Below are positions 8,795 through 16,155 of a stretch of DNA of 64,000 bases, one piece after another (within the stretch, counting starts at the first letter, position 1; every line of letters starts with the position of its first letter). The stretch comes from an uncultured bacterium. Lineage in GTDB: Bacteria > Patescibacteriota > Minisyncoccia > Phycocordibacterales > UBA9973. The notes under the pieces were generated by a model, which was not told where the DNA came from, made no database searches, and worked only from the letters and a program-made list of their open reading frames with translations. Where the stretch lies: contig CALCZP010000002.1 in NCBI GenBank assembly GCA_937903035.1, forward strand, positions 20,739 to 84,738. Direction: 5' to 3'. Position numbers and translations under genes: made by a program.

Positions 8795-8951
8795 AAACCG
8801 CAAGCAACGTAAAAACCCGATCATTAGGGCGTTGCTTGCGTTACATGGGGAAACCTGTGTATGAGTCTTCGGACTCACCTAGTGGTCGGATTTTTGCGTC
8901 TTACCCTCCTAGTTTTAAAAATAAAGCAAAACAAATCGCAAGCAACGATTA
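8795..8951 (+). promoter_or_regulatory. Structured leader in front of ORF 8951. CGCAAGCAACG occurs at 8799-8809 and again at 8937-8947 (the second copy abuts the ATG). A single complementary CGTTGCTTGCG lies at 8830-8840. A GAGTC-UUCG-GACTC hairpin lies at 8864-8878
   Basis: Read directly. Two identical segments compete for one complement, and the second copy covers the ribosome-binding region. Confidence 0.35.
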
Positions 8952-9379
8952 TGAATACAAACAATATCTCTTCCTGGAGTACAGGAAGAAAGTTAGTCGT
9001 TTTTTTATTAGTTCCCATCTTCATTGCAGTAGTCGTAGGTATGGCAAGCAGTCCAACTCCTGCTCCTGTCCAAAAGACGGCAGAAGAGATCGCATACCAG
9101 AAGAAGCATGACTTTGCTTCATTGGCGAAGATGAATGTCGAGATGATGCTCAAAGCTCCGTCTACAGCAAAGTTCAATACTTCTCCGACCATCAAGGAAG
9201 AGAATGGTATCTACTCGATCAACTCATGGGTTGATAGCGAGAACAGCTATGGAGCGATGATCAGAAGCCAGTGGTCAGCCAAGGCTCACTACATCGGAGG
9301 AGACTCTGAAGATGAGATCGGAACAGGCGCAAACTGGATCATTGACGAGTTCATTTTTGACGGGAAAAAGGTCAAATAG
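8951..9379 (+). CDS. membrane-anchored / secreted hypothetical protein (142 aa from the internal Met)
   Basis: N-terminal TM segment LVVFLLVPIFIAVVVGM. ORF-track start 8861 trimmed to the Met that follows the structured leader. Confidence 0.45.
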   Translation: MNTNNISSWSTGRKLVVFLLVPIFIAVVVGMASSPTPAPVQKTAEEIAYQKKHDFASLAKMNVEMMLKAPSTAKFNTSPTIKEENGIYSINSWVDSENSYGAMIRSQWSAKAHYIGGDSEDEIGTGANWIIDEFIFDGKKVK

Positions 9380-9390
9380 CAAATGATGCA

Positions 9391-9594
9391 TTAACAGTGG
9401 AAAAAACAGTGGTGAGGGGGTCAAAAACACGCAAAAAAACACGCAAAACGGTATCTGATCTTTTTGGACAATAACAGTGTGAAAAACAGTGTGGGGAGGA
9501 TCAAAAACAGTGAAAAAAACAGTGAAAAGTACCTCGAAAAGCATCACAAGAAAAAGTACATTAACAGCGATAAAAACAGCGAGAGAGGGTCAAA
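9391..9594. repeat. Iteron-like composite direct-repeat array of three ~37-bp units spaced ~80-88 bp apart. Each unit is a doublet of AACAGTG/AACAGCG separated by A5-6, followed by a G-rich TGAGGGGGTCAAAAAC-type tail. Interleaved doublets ACGCAAAA x2 and AGTGAAAA x2
   Basis: Units at 9391-9428, 9471-9508 and 9559-9594, read directly. They lie immediately upstream of the winged-helix gene 9630-10262. Confidence 0.6.
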
Positions 9595-9629
9595 TTGCGG
9601 TGTACTTTGTCGACAAAAAATACTAAAGT

Positions 9630-10262
9630 ATGTCTATGACAAAGTTGGCATCTAATGCAAACCAAAAAGTAAAGCTAATCCTAGAAAAAATCGTTGAAGA
9701 ATACGATTTAGGAAATGGTAGTGGCGACATCACACTAGGAAGTCATCATTTCCTAAAAGATACAGGTATAGATACTAATCAATTCCTAAGGATACTGAGA
9801 AATCTTGAACAGAACCATATTCTTGAAAGCTTTAAAGTGCACGCAAACGCTAGAACTGATGATGGCGATCTGGTCTGTTTCTTGAAGCCATTAAACCACT
9901 TTAAATCAAGAGCTGAAGATTATATTGAAAGACTTGAAGTTCCAGTAGAGTCTGCTCCTGGTTTCTTCTTGTATCTTGATAAAAGCAATTTTTGGCATAC
10001 TGATAAAAAGAAATACTCTTACCCGATGAATAACGCACCAGGACGTTTAGCGATCTTAAAATACCTAGCAGAAAACAAGGGAGTTCAACCTACTAAAGAA
10101 ATAGCTTCTTTTTTGGGTAGAACAACTAAAAGGATTATGAATGATGTGGGAAAAATAAGAGCAGAAATCAAAGAACATCTAAAGCTCCCAGATGTTATAG
10201 AAAACAGCAAGCCAGATGGTTACTACATCAACCCCAAGTATACAGTTATAGTTACTGACTAA
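9630..10262 (+). CDS. hypothetical DNA-binding protein (putative winged-helix). Candidate replication initiator or regulator acting on the upstream repeats
   Basis: 210-aa ORF. The C-terminal segment RLAILKYLAENKGVQPTKEIASFLGRTTKRIMNDVGKI is HTH/winged-helix-like. Its position next to the iterons is only suggestive. Confidence 0.45.
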   Translation: MSMTKLASNANQKVKLILEKIVEEYDLGNGSGDITLGSHHFLKDTGIDTNQFLRILRNLEQNHILESFKVHANARTDDGDLVCFLKPLNHFKSRAEDYIERLEVPVESAPGFFLYLDKSNFWHTDKKKYSYPMNNAPGRLAILKYLAENKGVQPTKEIASFLGRTTKRIMNDVGKIRAEIKEHLKLPDVIENSKPDGYYINPKYTVIVTD

Positions 10263-10382
10263 GTACTCTCGCTCTCCTGTTAATATCTAGGATCAATGTC
10301 TTATCTTAAAAAGGTTTTTTAAGATGTGAAGAGTACTAGAAGCGTATATACAGAGTACATATCTGACACATAAAATCATTAT

Positions 10383-10565
10383 GTGATCAGCGATGCAACA
10401 ATTAAGAAGTTCCAACAAGTAGTCGAGAGTGAGTACCATGTCATTCTTGATGAAAAGGAAGCGAGAGAAGTTCTCACTAACTGGGTTGGTTATTTTGACT
10501 TGCTTGCAAAGATCGATCACAGAATACAATCAGAAAGTCAGAGGTCGTTAGTGAGTCCTCTTTAA
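10383..10565 (+). CDS. small hypothetical protein (60 aa)
   Basis: ORF in a 530-nt gap. Sequence looks protein-like but has no RBS or motif support. Confidence 0.25.
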   Translation: MISDATIKKFQQVVESEYHVILDEKEAREVLTNWVGYFDLLAKIDHRIQSESQRSLVSPL

Positions 10566-10574
10566 AAAACCGAC

Positions 10575-10660
10575 TACTAACTTGTATTTGCATGTAGATA
10601 ATAGCGCCTGACACACTGAGTGAGACTTCTCAGCAGGCGACCTCATCTGCATACAAGTCA
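10575..10660. other. Nested imperfect inverted repeats (CTTGTATTTGCATGTAGAT ... ATCTGCATACAAG enclosing CGCCTG...CAGGCG). Candidate oriT, att or sRNA-like structured site
   Basis: Read directly. Lies upstream of the RHH-like small gene and the recombinase. Confidence 0.25.
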
Positions 10661-10792
10661 AGCAACTGTATCGAGATGTTTGCTATGAGGGGGTTGAAAC
10701 ATTTTGATAGATTTTTTGAAAAATTACTAATTTAACTATCCCAATCTGTAAAAAACCAATACAGATGAGGGAGGAAAAAGTCTAAACAAAAT

Positions 10793-11023
10793 ATGTCAAC
10801 AAAGAGACAAAAGCTATATAGCAAAGAAGATATTAAGCTTGCACAAGAAGAAAGTAAAAGAGTTGGAAAATACTTTACTCGTAAAACAGCCAAAAGGAAA
10901 ACAATACAGGTTAGGATCGGTGAAAAATGGCATCAAAAGATCAAAGAAGTCGCTGGTGAAGAAAAGATAATGATTTCATTTTTTCTTGATCGAGTTTGTG
11001 AGCACTTCTTTAAGCATTACTAA
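10793..11023 (+). CDS. small basic protein (76 aa), possibly a ribbon-helix-helix DNA-binding protein (MobC-, Arc- or RDF-like)
   Basis: Good SD (AGGGAGG) 8-14 nt upstream. Lys/Arg-rich. The KTIQVRIGEKWHQKIKEVA segment is compatible with an RHH beta-strand plus helix. It sits directly 5' of the recombinase. Confidence 0.45.
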   Translation: MSTKRQKLYSKEDIKLAQEESKRVGKYFTRKTAKRKTIQVRIGEKWHQKIKEVAGEEKIMISFFLDRVCEHFFKHY

Positions 11024-11038
11024 TTATTTACTAATCAC

Positions 11039-12610
11039 ATGAATAAACCAACAAAAACAAAAGCCGTTATATATGCCAGAGTTTCTTCTAAAGAGCAGGA
11101 AGAAACTGGCTACTCATTAAACTCACAAGAGGAGCTTCTAAATAATTACTCAACAAGTCGAAACGACTTCAATGTAGTAAAAGTATTTAGGATTTCTGAG
11201 TCTGCGAGTGGGAAAATCCAGCGCACAACCTTTACTGAAATGATTAAGTTTATGGACAAGAATAAAATAAATATCCTTGTCTGTGAGAAAGTCGATCGAC
11301 TCACGAGAAACTTCAAAGATGCATTGATTATCGATGAATGGCTAGATCAGGATGAAAACCGACAGGTGCACTTGGTCAAGGACTCTCTAGTGATGCATAA
11401 GCATTCAAAATCGCAAGAAAAGCTTAACTGGGGTATTAGAATACTCTTCGCAAAAAATTACACAGACAATCTTTCTGAAGAAGTTAAAAAGGGTCAGAAG
11501 CAAAAAATAAAAGAGGGTTGGCTACCAACCACTCCTCCACTTGGTTATAAAACTGTAGGAGAAAAAGGACATAAAATCCATGTGATCGATGAGACTGTTG
11601 CACCCTATATAAAAGAAATGTTTGCCTTGTATGCCACAGGTAATTATTCAACAGTTGCGTTGGGAGAAAAAATGTACAAACAAGGCTTCCGAAGTCGATC
11701 AGGTGTTCAGGTAGTAAAAAGCCAAATACATAAAATACTCTCTGAGCCTTTTTATTACGGAAAACTTGTATGGAATGGAAATCTTTTTGAGGGCAAACAC
11801 GACCCACTTATCTCAAAAGATTTGTTTGATCAGGTTCAGGCAAAAATGTCTCGTGGTGCAATACCGTATCACAATAAAGGGCTTACTGAGTTAAGAGGTA
11901 AAATCTTCTGCGGTTCTTGTAATAAAACCGTTACTTGGGAATTACAAAAAGGCACTATGTATGGTGGTTGTAAGCAGTGTAAGGCACAGCTTGGCAAAGA
12001 TAAGAAGTATATCCACCAGGAAGACCTAGAAAGCGATCTACTGGCTCATATTGCCTCTGTAGCTCCTCTTAGTGAGAAAGTTATAGATGTGCTTAATCAG
12101 GCTTTAAAAGAGAGCCACAGTGAGGAAATAGGGCTACATGAGACTCAAACCAGGAACATCAACAATCAACTAGAAAGAATAAGGCAGAGAATGAAAAACA
12201 TGTACCTGGACAAGATTGATGAGAGAATAAGCGGAGACTTCTACGATGAGCAGGTCGCACAGTTTGCAGAAGAAAAAGAAGCATTACTCCACTCTCTGAA
12301 AAAACTCGAAGCAGATAATACTGAATACTACCGAGTTGGATTTATGATCCATGAGATTGCACTGAGAGCGAGAGAGATTTATCTCAATGAAAACGCATCG
12401 ATTGAAGAGCGCAGAATGCTTCTTGCTTATGCATTCTCGAACATCACTGTTTTAGCAGGAAATATAAAGGCAGAATACACAAAACCTTTTGCTTTTCTTG
12501 CAGAATGGATGCCAAGAGTAAATGAAGTTCTCGAACTGGAAAAAACCCTTGGTACAAAAGGAAAAGAGAGCACTTTCGTGCCCTCTCATCCTATCGTGCT
12601 CCCCCGGTAG
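11039..12610 (+). CDS. large serine recombinase (resolvase/invertase N-terminal catalytic domain, recombinase domain, zinc ribbon and coiled coil)
   Basis: N-terminal VIYARVSSKEQ with catalytic Ser, and DRLTRN. Zinc ribbon CGSCNK...CKQCK. 523 aa. The stop codon overlaps the tRNA-Asn 3' end. Confidence 0.9.
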   Translation: MNKPTKTKAVIYARVSSKEQEETGYSLNSQEELLNNYSTSRNDFNVVKVFRISESASGKIQRTTFTEMIKFMDKNKINILVCEKVDRLTRNFKDALIIDEWLDQDENRQVHLVKDSLVMHKHSKSQEKLNWGIRILFAKNYTDNLSEEVKKGQKQKIKEGWLPTTPPLGYKTVGEKGHKIHVIDETVAPYIKEMFALYATGNYSTVALGEKMYKQGFRSRSGVQVVKSQIHKILSEPFYYGKLVWNGNLFEGKHDPLISKDLFDQVQAKMSRGAIPYHNKGLTELRGKIFCGSCNKTVTWELQKGTMYGGCKQCKAQLGKDKKYIHQEDLESDLLAHIASVAPLSEKVIDVLNQALKESHSEEIGLHETQTRNINNQLERIRQRMKNMYLDKIDERISGDFYDEQVAQFAEEKEALLHSLKKLEADNTEYYRVGFMIHEIALRAREIYLNENASIEERRMLLAYAFSNITVLAGNIKAEYTKPFAFLAEWMPRVNEVLELEKTLGTKGKESTFVPSHPIVLPR

Positions 12611-12670
12611 GATTCGAACCTACGACCAATCGCTTAACAGGCGACTGCTCTACCGCTGAGCTACAGGGGA
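12599..12670 (-). tRNA. tRNA-Asn (anticodon GUU)
   Basis: Minus-strand sequence TCCCCTGTAGCTCAGCGGTAGAGCAGTCGCCTGTTAAGCGATTGGTCGTAGGTTCGAATCCTACCGGGGAG folds as a canonical cloverleaf (7-bp acceptor, GCTC/GAGC D-stem, anticodon loop CTGTTAA, T-loop TTCGAAT). It begins UCCCCUG like enterobacterial tRNA-Asn. No CCA is encoded. Confidence 0.85.
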
Positions 12671-12729
12671 ATATATGCTCATAAATGAGCGAGGAAACTA
12701 TACCATTTCAGGCTGGCATTTTCAATCCT

Positions 12730-12957
12730 TTAAAGCGGGCGACCGTCGGTTGTTGGATTGTTCCAAACGTCGAATCGGAACCACCCATAGCCTTCGGGTG
12801 GGGTTGCTAGGAGTTCTCGAGACCCAGGTGCAGCACTATCAAATGCCCAGTGGTCATACGGTGCTGCAGTTGGTGCAATCCATTCGCCTCCAGAGAGGTG
12901 GGGGATGGCGAACCAGAGAAAGAATATAAGGCCAACTATTGCGATAATGCGCTCCAT
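12730..12957 (-). CDS. small secreted/membrane protein (75 aa), unusually GC-rich
   Basis: Signal/TM segment IIAIVGLIFFLWFAI. A -10-like TATAGTATA lies upstream on the minus strand. It could instead be a non-coding RNA region (contains a C-UUCG-G hairpin). Confidence 0.3.
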   Translation of the reverse strand: MERIIAIVGLIFFLWFAIPHLSGGEWIAPTAAPYDHWAFDSAAPGSRELLATPPEGYGWFRFDVWNNPTTDGRPL

Positions 12958-13005
12958 GCGGCTATACTATAGGGCTTTATCAGTCAGAACAATCTTGCCA
13001 TTCCT

Positions 13006-14430
13006 ATGCATTCATTTCCTAATACAAACACTATCAAAACTAAAATTGTTGCCACTATTGGTCCAAAAACCGAATCCAAAGAGGCATTTCGTACCCTTCT
13101 GAAAGCAGGAATCTCAGTTGCGCGTACCAACATGAGTCATGATGATCATGCAGGACATACTGCACGTATCAAGACCATTCGCGCGGTATCAAAACAAGAA
13201 AAAATTCCTGTGGCTATTCTCCAAGATCTCTCAGGGCCAAAAATTCGTATTGGTGATTTTGAAACAGCTACGGTGGAACTTGTCGCTGGCGAACAGCTCA
13301 TCCTTACGGGCAAGAAATGTATTGGCACAAAAGACAAAGTGTATTTCAACTATCCGTATATTAAAAAAGACATCAAGCCTGGTATGGTGCTGATGCTTGA
13401 TGATGGCAAAAAGCGCGTCAAGGTGGATCGAGTCGAAGGTACTGATATTTATACAACGATTGAGATTGGTGGTATCACCAAGGGTCGTCGAGGGGTTAAT
13501 ATTCCAGGTGCATATCTTTCGATCAAGGCACTTACTGAGAAAGATCGTGAAGACTTGAAGCTCGGACTTGAGCTTGGGGTGGACTTTATCGCACTGTCAT
13601 TTGTACGTACCGCAAAAGATGTCCAAGAACTCCGCACACTCATTACTGAAGCTGGTGGTACGCAGATGATTGTTTCGAAGATTGAGACCGAAGAAGCGAT
13701 TGAGAATATTGATGCAATTATCGGGGCTAGTGATGCGATTATGGTTGCGCGAGGGGATCTTGCGGTCGAGGTTGGTCCTGCAAAAGTGCCAGGACTCCAG
13801 AAGATGATCATTCGCAAGTGTAATGAACTTGGCAAGCCAGTGATCGTGGCGACACAAATGCTTGAGAGTATGATCAATGCGCCAGTGCCAACTCGTGCAG
13901 AAGTCTCTGATGTGGCAAATGCTATTTTTGATGGAGCAGATGCAGTGATGCTCTCAGAAGAAACAACACTTGGATCGTTTGCTGTTGAGGCAGTACGAGT
14001 TATGCAAAATGTTGCACAAGAAGCCGAAGGTACCATCAGTACACATCGTCGTCACAAAGTGCACAACAACGACATTGTAGACTCCGTGAGTTCATCGGTT
14101 GTACACAACGCCGAAGATGTTGCTGCAAAAGCTATTGTCGCACTTACAGAAACTGGCTCGACACCTCGCATGGTTGCACGATATCGATCGCAGCAGTCAG
14201 TGATTGCATTTACACCGCATGAGCACGTGCTCCGACAGCTCCTCCTTTCATATGGGTGCTATCCATTCATTACCAAGCCGTTCAGTGGTAGTAACCAGCT
14301 TGCACTTACTCTCGGCAAAAAGCTCATTGAGCTTGGAATACTTGCCCCAAAAGACCGTTTTGTGGTGACTGCAGGAGTACCATTCGGTGTACCTGGTAGT
14401 ACCAACATCATGATGGTGCTCACTGCATAG
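13006..14430 (+). CDS. pyk: pyruvate kinase
   Basis: KTKIVATIGP N-terminal motif, MVARGDLAVE, and a 474-aa length. Confidence 0.9.
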   Translation: MHSFPNTNTIKTKIVATIGPKTESKEAFRTLLKAGISVARTNMSHDDHAGHTARIKTIRAVSKQEKIPVAILQDLSGPKIRIGDFETATVELVAGEQLILTGKKCIGTKDKVYFNYPYIKKDIKPGMVLMLDDGKKRVKVDRVEGTDIYTTIEIGGITKGRRGVNIPGAYLSIKALTEKDREDLKLGLELGVDFIALSFVRTAKDVQELRTLITEAGGTQMIVSKIETEEAIENIDAIIGASDAIMVARGDLAVEVGPAKVPGLQKMIIRKCNELGKPVIVATQMLESMINAPVPTRAEVSDVANAIFDGADAVMLSEETTLGSFAVEAVRVMQNVAQEAEGTISTHRRHKVHNNDIVDSVSSSVVHNAEDVAAKAIVALTETGSTPRMVARYRSQQSVIAFTPHEHVLRQLLLSYGCYPFITKPFSGSNQLALTLGKKLIELGILAPKDRFVVTAGVPFGVPGSTNIMMVLTA

Positions 14431-14457
14431 TCTCTGACAGTGGTATACTGAAAGAGT

Positions 14458-14817
14458 ATGAATATTTCAATCAAATCGACAAATCTGGAGCTTACACCGG
14501 CCTTGAAAGACTATGCCGAAAAGCGCTTGCGGACGGTAACGAAGTTCACCGAAGGGGATGCGACGGTAAATGTTGAGATCGGCAAAACTACCTCACATCA
14601 CAAAAGTGGCGATATTTATGTTGCAGAAGTAAACGTTATTACACCGCTTGGCAAGCAGTACCGTGCAACATCAGAAAAATCTGATCTCTATGAGGCGATT
14701 GACGATGTTCGCGATGAAATCTCTCGTGAACTCAATGATGCAAAAGGACGCAAACAAACACTCTTTCGCCGTGGCGCACATAAACTCAAAGACATTGTGA
14801 AAGGGTTCAGAACTTAG
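14458..14817 (+). CDS. hpf: ribosome hibernation promoting factor / ribosome-associated inhibitor (HPF/RaiA/YfiA family)
   Basis: MNISIKSTNLELTPALKDYAEKRL is the characteristic N-terminus of the S30AE/HPF family. 119 aa. Confidence 0.8.
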   Translation: MNISIKSTNLELTPALKDYAEKRLRTVTKFTEGDATVNVEIGKTTSHHKSGDIYVAEVNVITPLGKQYRATSEKSDLYEAIDDVRDEISRELNDAKGRKQTLFRRGAHKLKDIVKGFRT

Positions 14818-15644
14818 AGTCCTTGGGGAAACCGAATAGGTTTTCCATTCTCGGGAATGACCTCATCAATGAGAAACTGTCCATTCGCAAGATGGGCAGT
14901 TTTGATTTTCATACGGATGTCCTTGGTGTCTTGTTGTGCAATAAAATAGGTACCAATAGATCCTGCGTATGCACGATATTTGCGATCATTGATAGTGTGA
15001 TCCTCAGTGAGGTCGAGCTTGCCATCCTCCTTTTTGATCTTGGTCGTGAAGGTTGCTGCGGTATGATCTTGTTCAATCGGAAGTAGTGATCCACGCTCGA
15101 TACCTTTGATAGTAGGAATCAGGAGCCGTACTGCTTCATCGTTCATTTTTTGACGAAGGGTTGGTGTGGTGTCGTCTGATGCAATAGCTATCTCACTTTT
15201 GACATAGACGGGCCCACTGTCGAGCTTGAATTGCATCTGCTGAATAGAAATACCTGTCATCGTATCGCCGGCAAGGATTGCTGACTCAACTGGAGTTGCT
15301 CCGCGATACTTGGGAAGGAGCGAGTAGTGTACATTGATTGATCCAAGACGTGGGATATCAAGGAGTGCCTGTGGGACGATCTTGCCATATGCCACCACAA
15401 CAAAGAGATCCCACTGATCCTTTTTTAATGTTTCAACAAAAGCGGCATCCAGTTTTTCAGGTTGGAGTACAGTGATGTGATGATTATCACCCCAAAGTTT
15501 TGGTTCAGGTGATGTGAGTACCATGCCTCGTCCAACTGGTCGGTCAGGGTTTGTTATGATCAATGATGGTGTGTACCCACCATCAGCTAGAGTATTGAGA
15601 AATTGTGTCGTGAATGGTGGTGTTCCGAAAAAGGCGATCTTCAT
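14814..15644 (-). CDS. fmt: methionyl-tRNA formyltransferase
   Basis: MKIAFFGTPPF N-terminus; formyltransferase core HYSLLPKYRG. ORF-track start 15767 trimmed to the Met adjacent to the def stop. Confidence 0.85.
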   Translation of the reverse strand: MKIAFFGTPPFTTQFLNTLADGGYTPSLIITNPDRPVGRGMVLTSPEPKLWGDNHHITVLQPEKLDAAFVETLKKDQWDLFVVVAYGKIVPQALLDIPRLGSINVHYSLLPKYRGATPVESAILAGDTMTGISIQQMQFKLDSGPVYVKSEIAIASDDTTPTLRQKMNDEAVRLLIPTIKGIERGSLLPIEQDHTAATFTTKIKKEDGKLDLTEDHTINDRKYRAYAGSIGTYFIAQQDTKDIRMKIKTAHLANGQFLIDEVIPENGKPIRFPQGL

Positions 15645-15648
15645 ATTG

Positions 15649-16146
15649 TTATTTTGAAGACACAGTTGGTGGCATGTCCTCGAGATGTTTTGCTTTGTCG
15701 ATAAAGAGTGTGCCGTCGAGGTGATCGATCTCATGTTGAAAAATTTGTGCAAGCAGTCCTCGTGCACTCATGACAAATTCATTACCGTCGATGTTGAGTG
15801 CGCGCACCGTTGCGGTAGTTGCGCGCTTTACCGTACCGTATTTCCATCTGACGGAAAGGCAGCCTTCAGAGAGTTCTTTCTTTTCTTTGCCGATGCGAAC
15901 AAACTCAGGATTGATAAATACTGTGTCGCTGGTGAGCTGTTTTGATGCGCGTGCTGCAACAACAAACACCCGAATACTCTCACCGATCTGCGGTGCTGCA
16001 ATAGCCACACCATCTTCTTGTTCGGCGAGTGCATGCTTCATTGACGTGATGATTTTCTGAAATGCAGGAGTAGTGATAGCTGTTTTTGCGACAGGTGCCG
16101 CCACTTGTCGAAGTACGGGATCAGGAGATTGAACGATCGTAGTCAT
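15649..16146 (-). CDS. def: peptide deformylase
   Basis: Motifs GIGLAAPQ-like (IAAPQIG), EGCLS and QHEIDHLDG. Confidence 0.9.
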   Translation of the reverse strand: MTTIVQSPDPVLRQVAAPVAKTAITTPAFQKIITSMKHALAEQEDGVAIAAPQIGESIRVFVVAARASKQLTSDTVFINPEFVRIGKEKKELSEGCLSVRWKYGTVKRATTATVRALNIDGNEFVMSARGLLAQIFQHEIDHLDGTLFIDKAKHLEDMPPTVSSK

Positions 16147-16155
16147 ACAGAGAGA

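Larger units (their letters stand above)
2720..12675 (+). mobile_element. Putative integrated plasmid-like element or defence island at tRNA-Asn: serine recombinase, RHH protein, Rep-like protein with iterons, R-M system, OLD nuclease, hypothetical genes. The left boundary is not defined and the AT-rich region extends to position 1, so the element may start beyond the window
   Basis: The recombinase abuts and overlaps the tRNA. GC content of 1-12.6 kb is visibly lower than the downstream core. Gene content is typical of mobile defence islands. No direct-repeat att copy is expected for a serine recombinase, and none was found. Confidence 0.45.

Noticed and set aside
9391-9594. Possible CRISPR array
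   Set aside because: The repeats are irregular composite units (~37 bp) at ~80-bp spacing with related, not unique, intervening sequence. There is no constant-repeat/unique-spacer organisation and no cas genes nearby.
12675-12929. 84-aa plus-strand ORF after tRNA-Asn
   Set aside because: It has no start context and reads through strong hairpins. The opposite-strand 75-aa ORF with a signal peptide, or an RNA, is a better explanation. It also overlaps the tRNA flank.
13146-14036. Antisense ORFs (67-195 aa) within pyk
   Set aside because: They lie opposite a highly conserved pyruvate kinase reading frame and are Ser/Thr/Ala-rich antisense artefacts.
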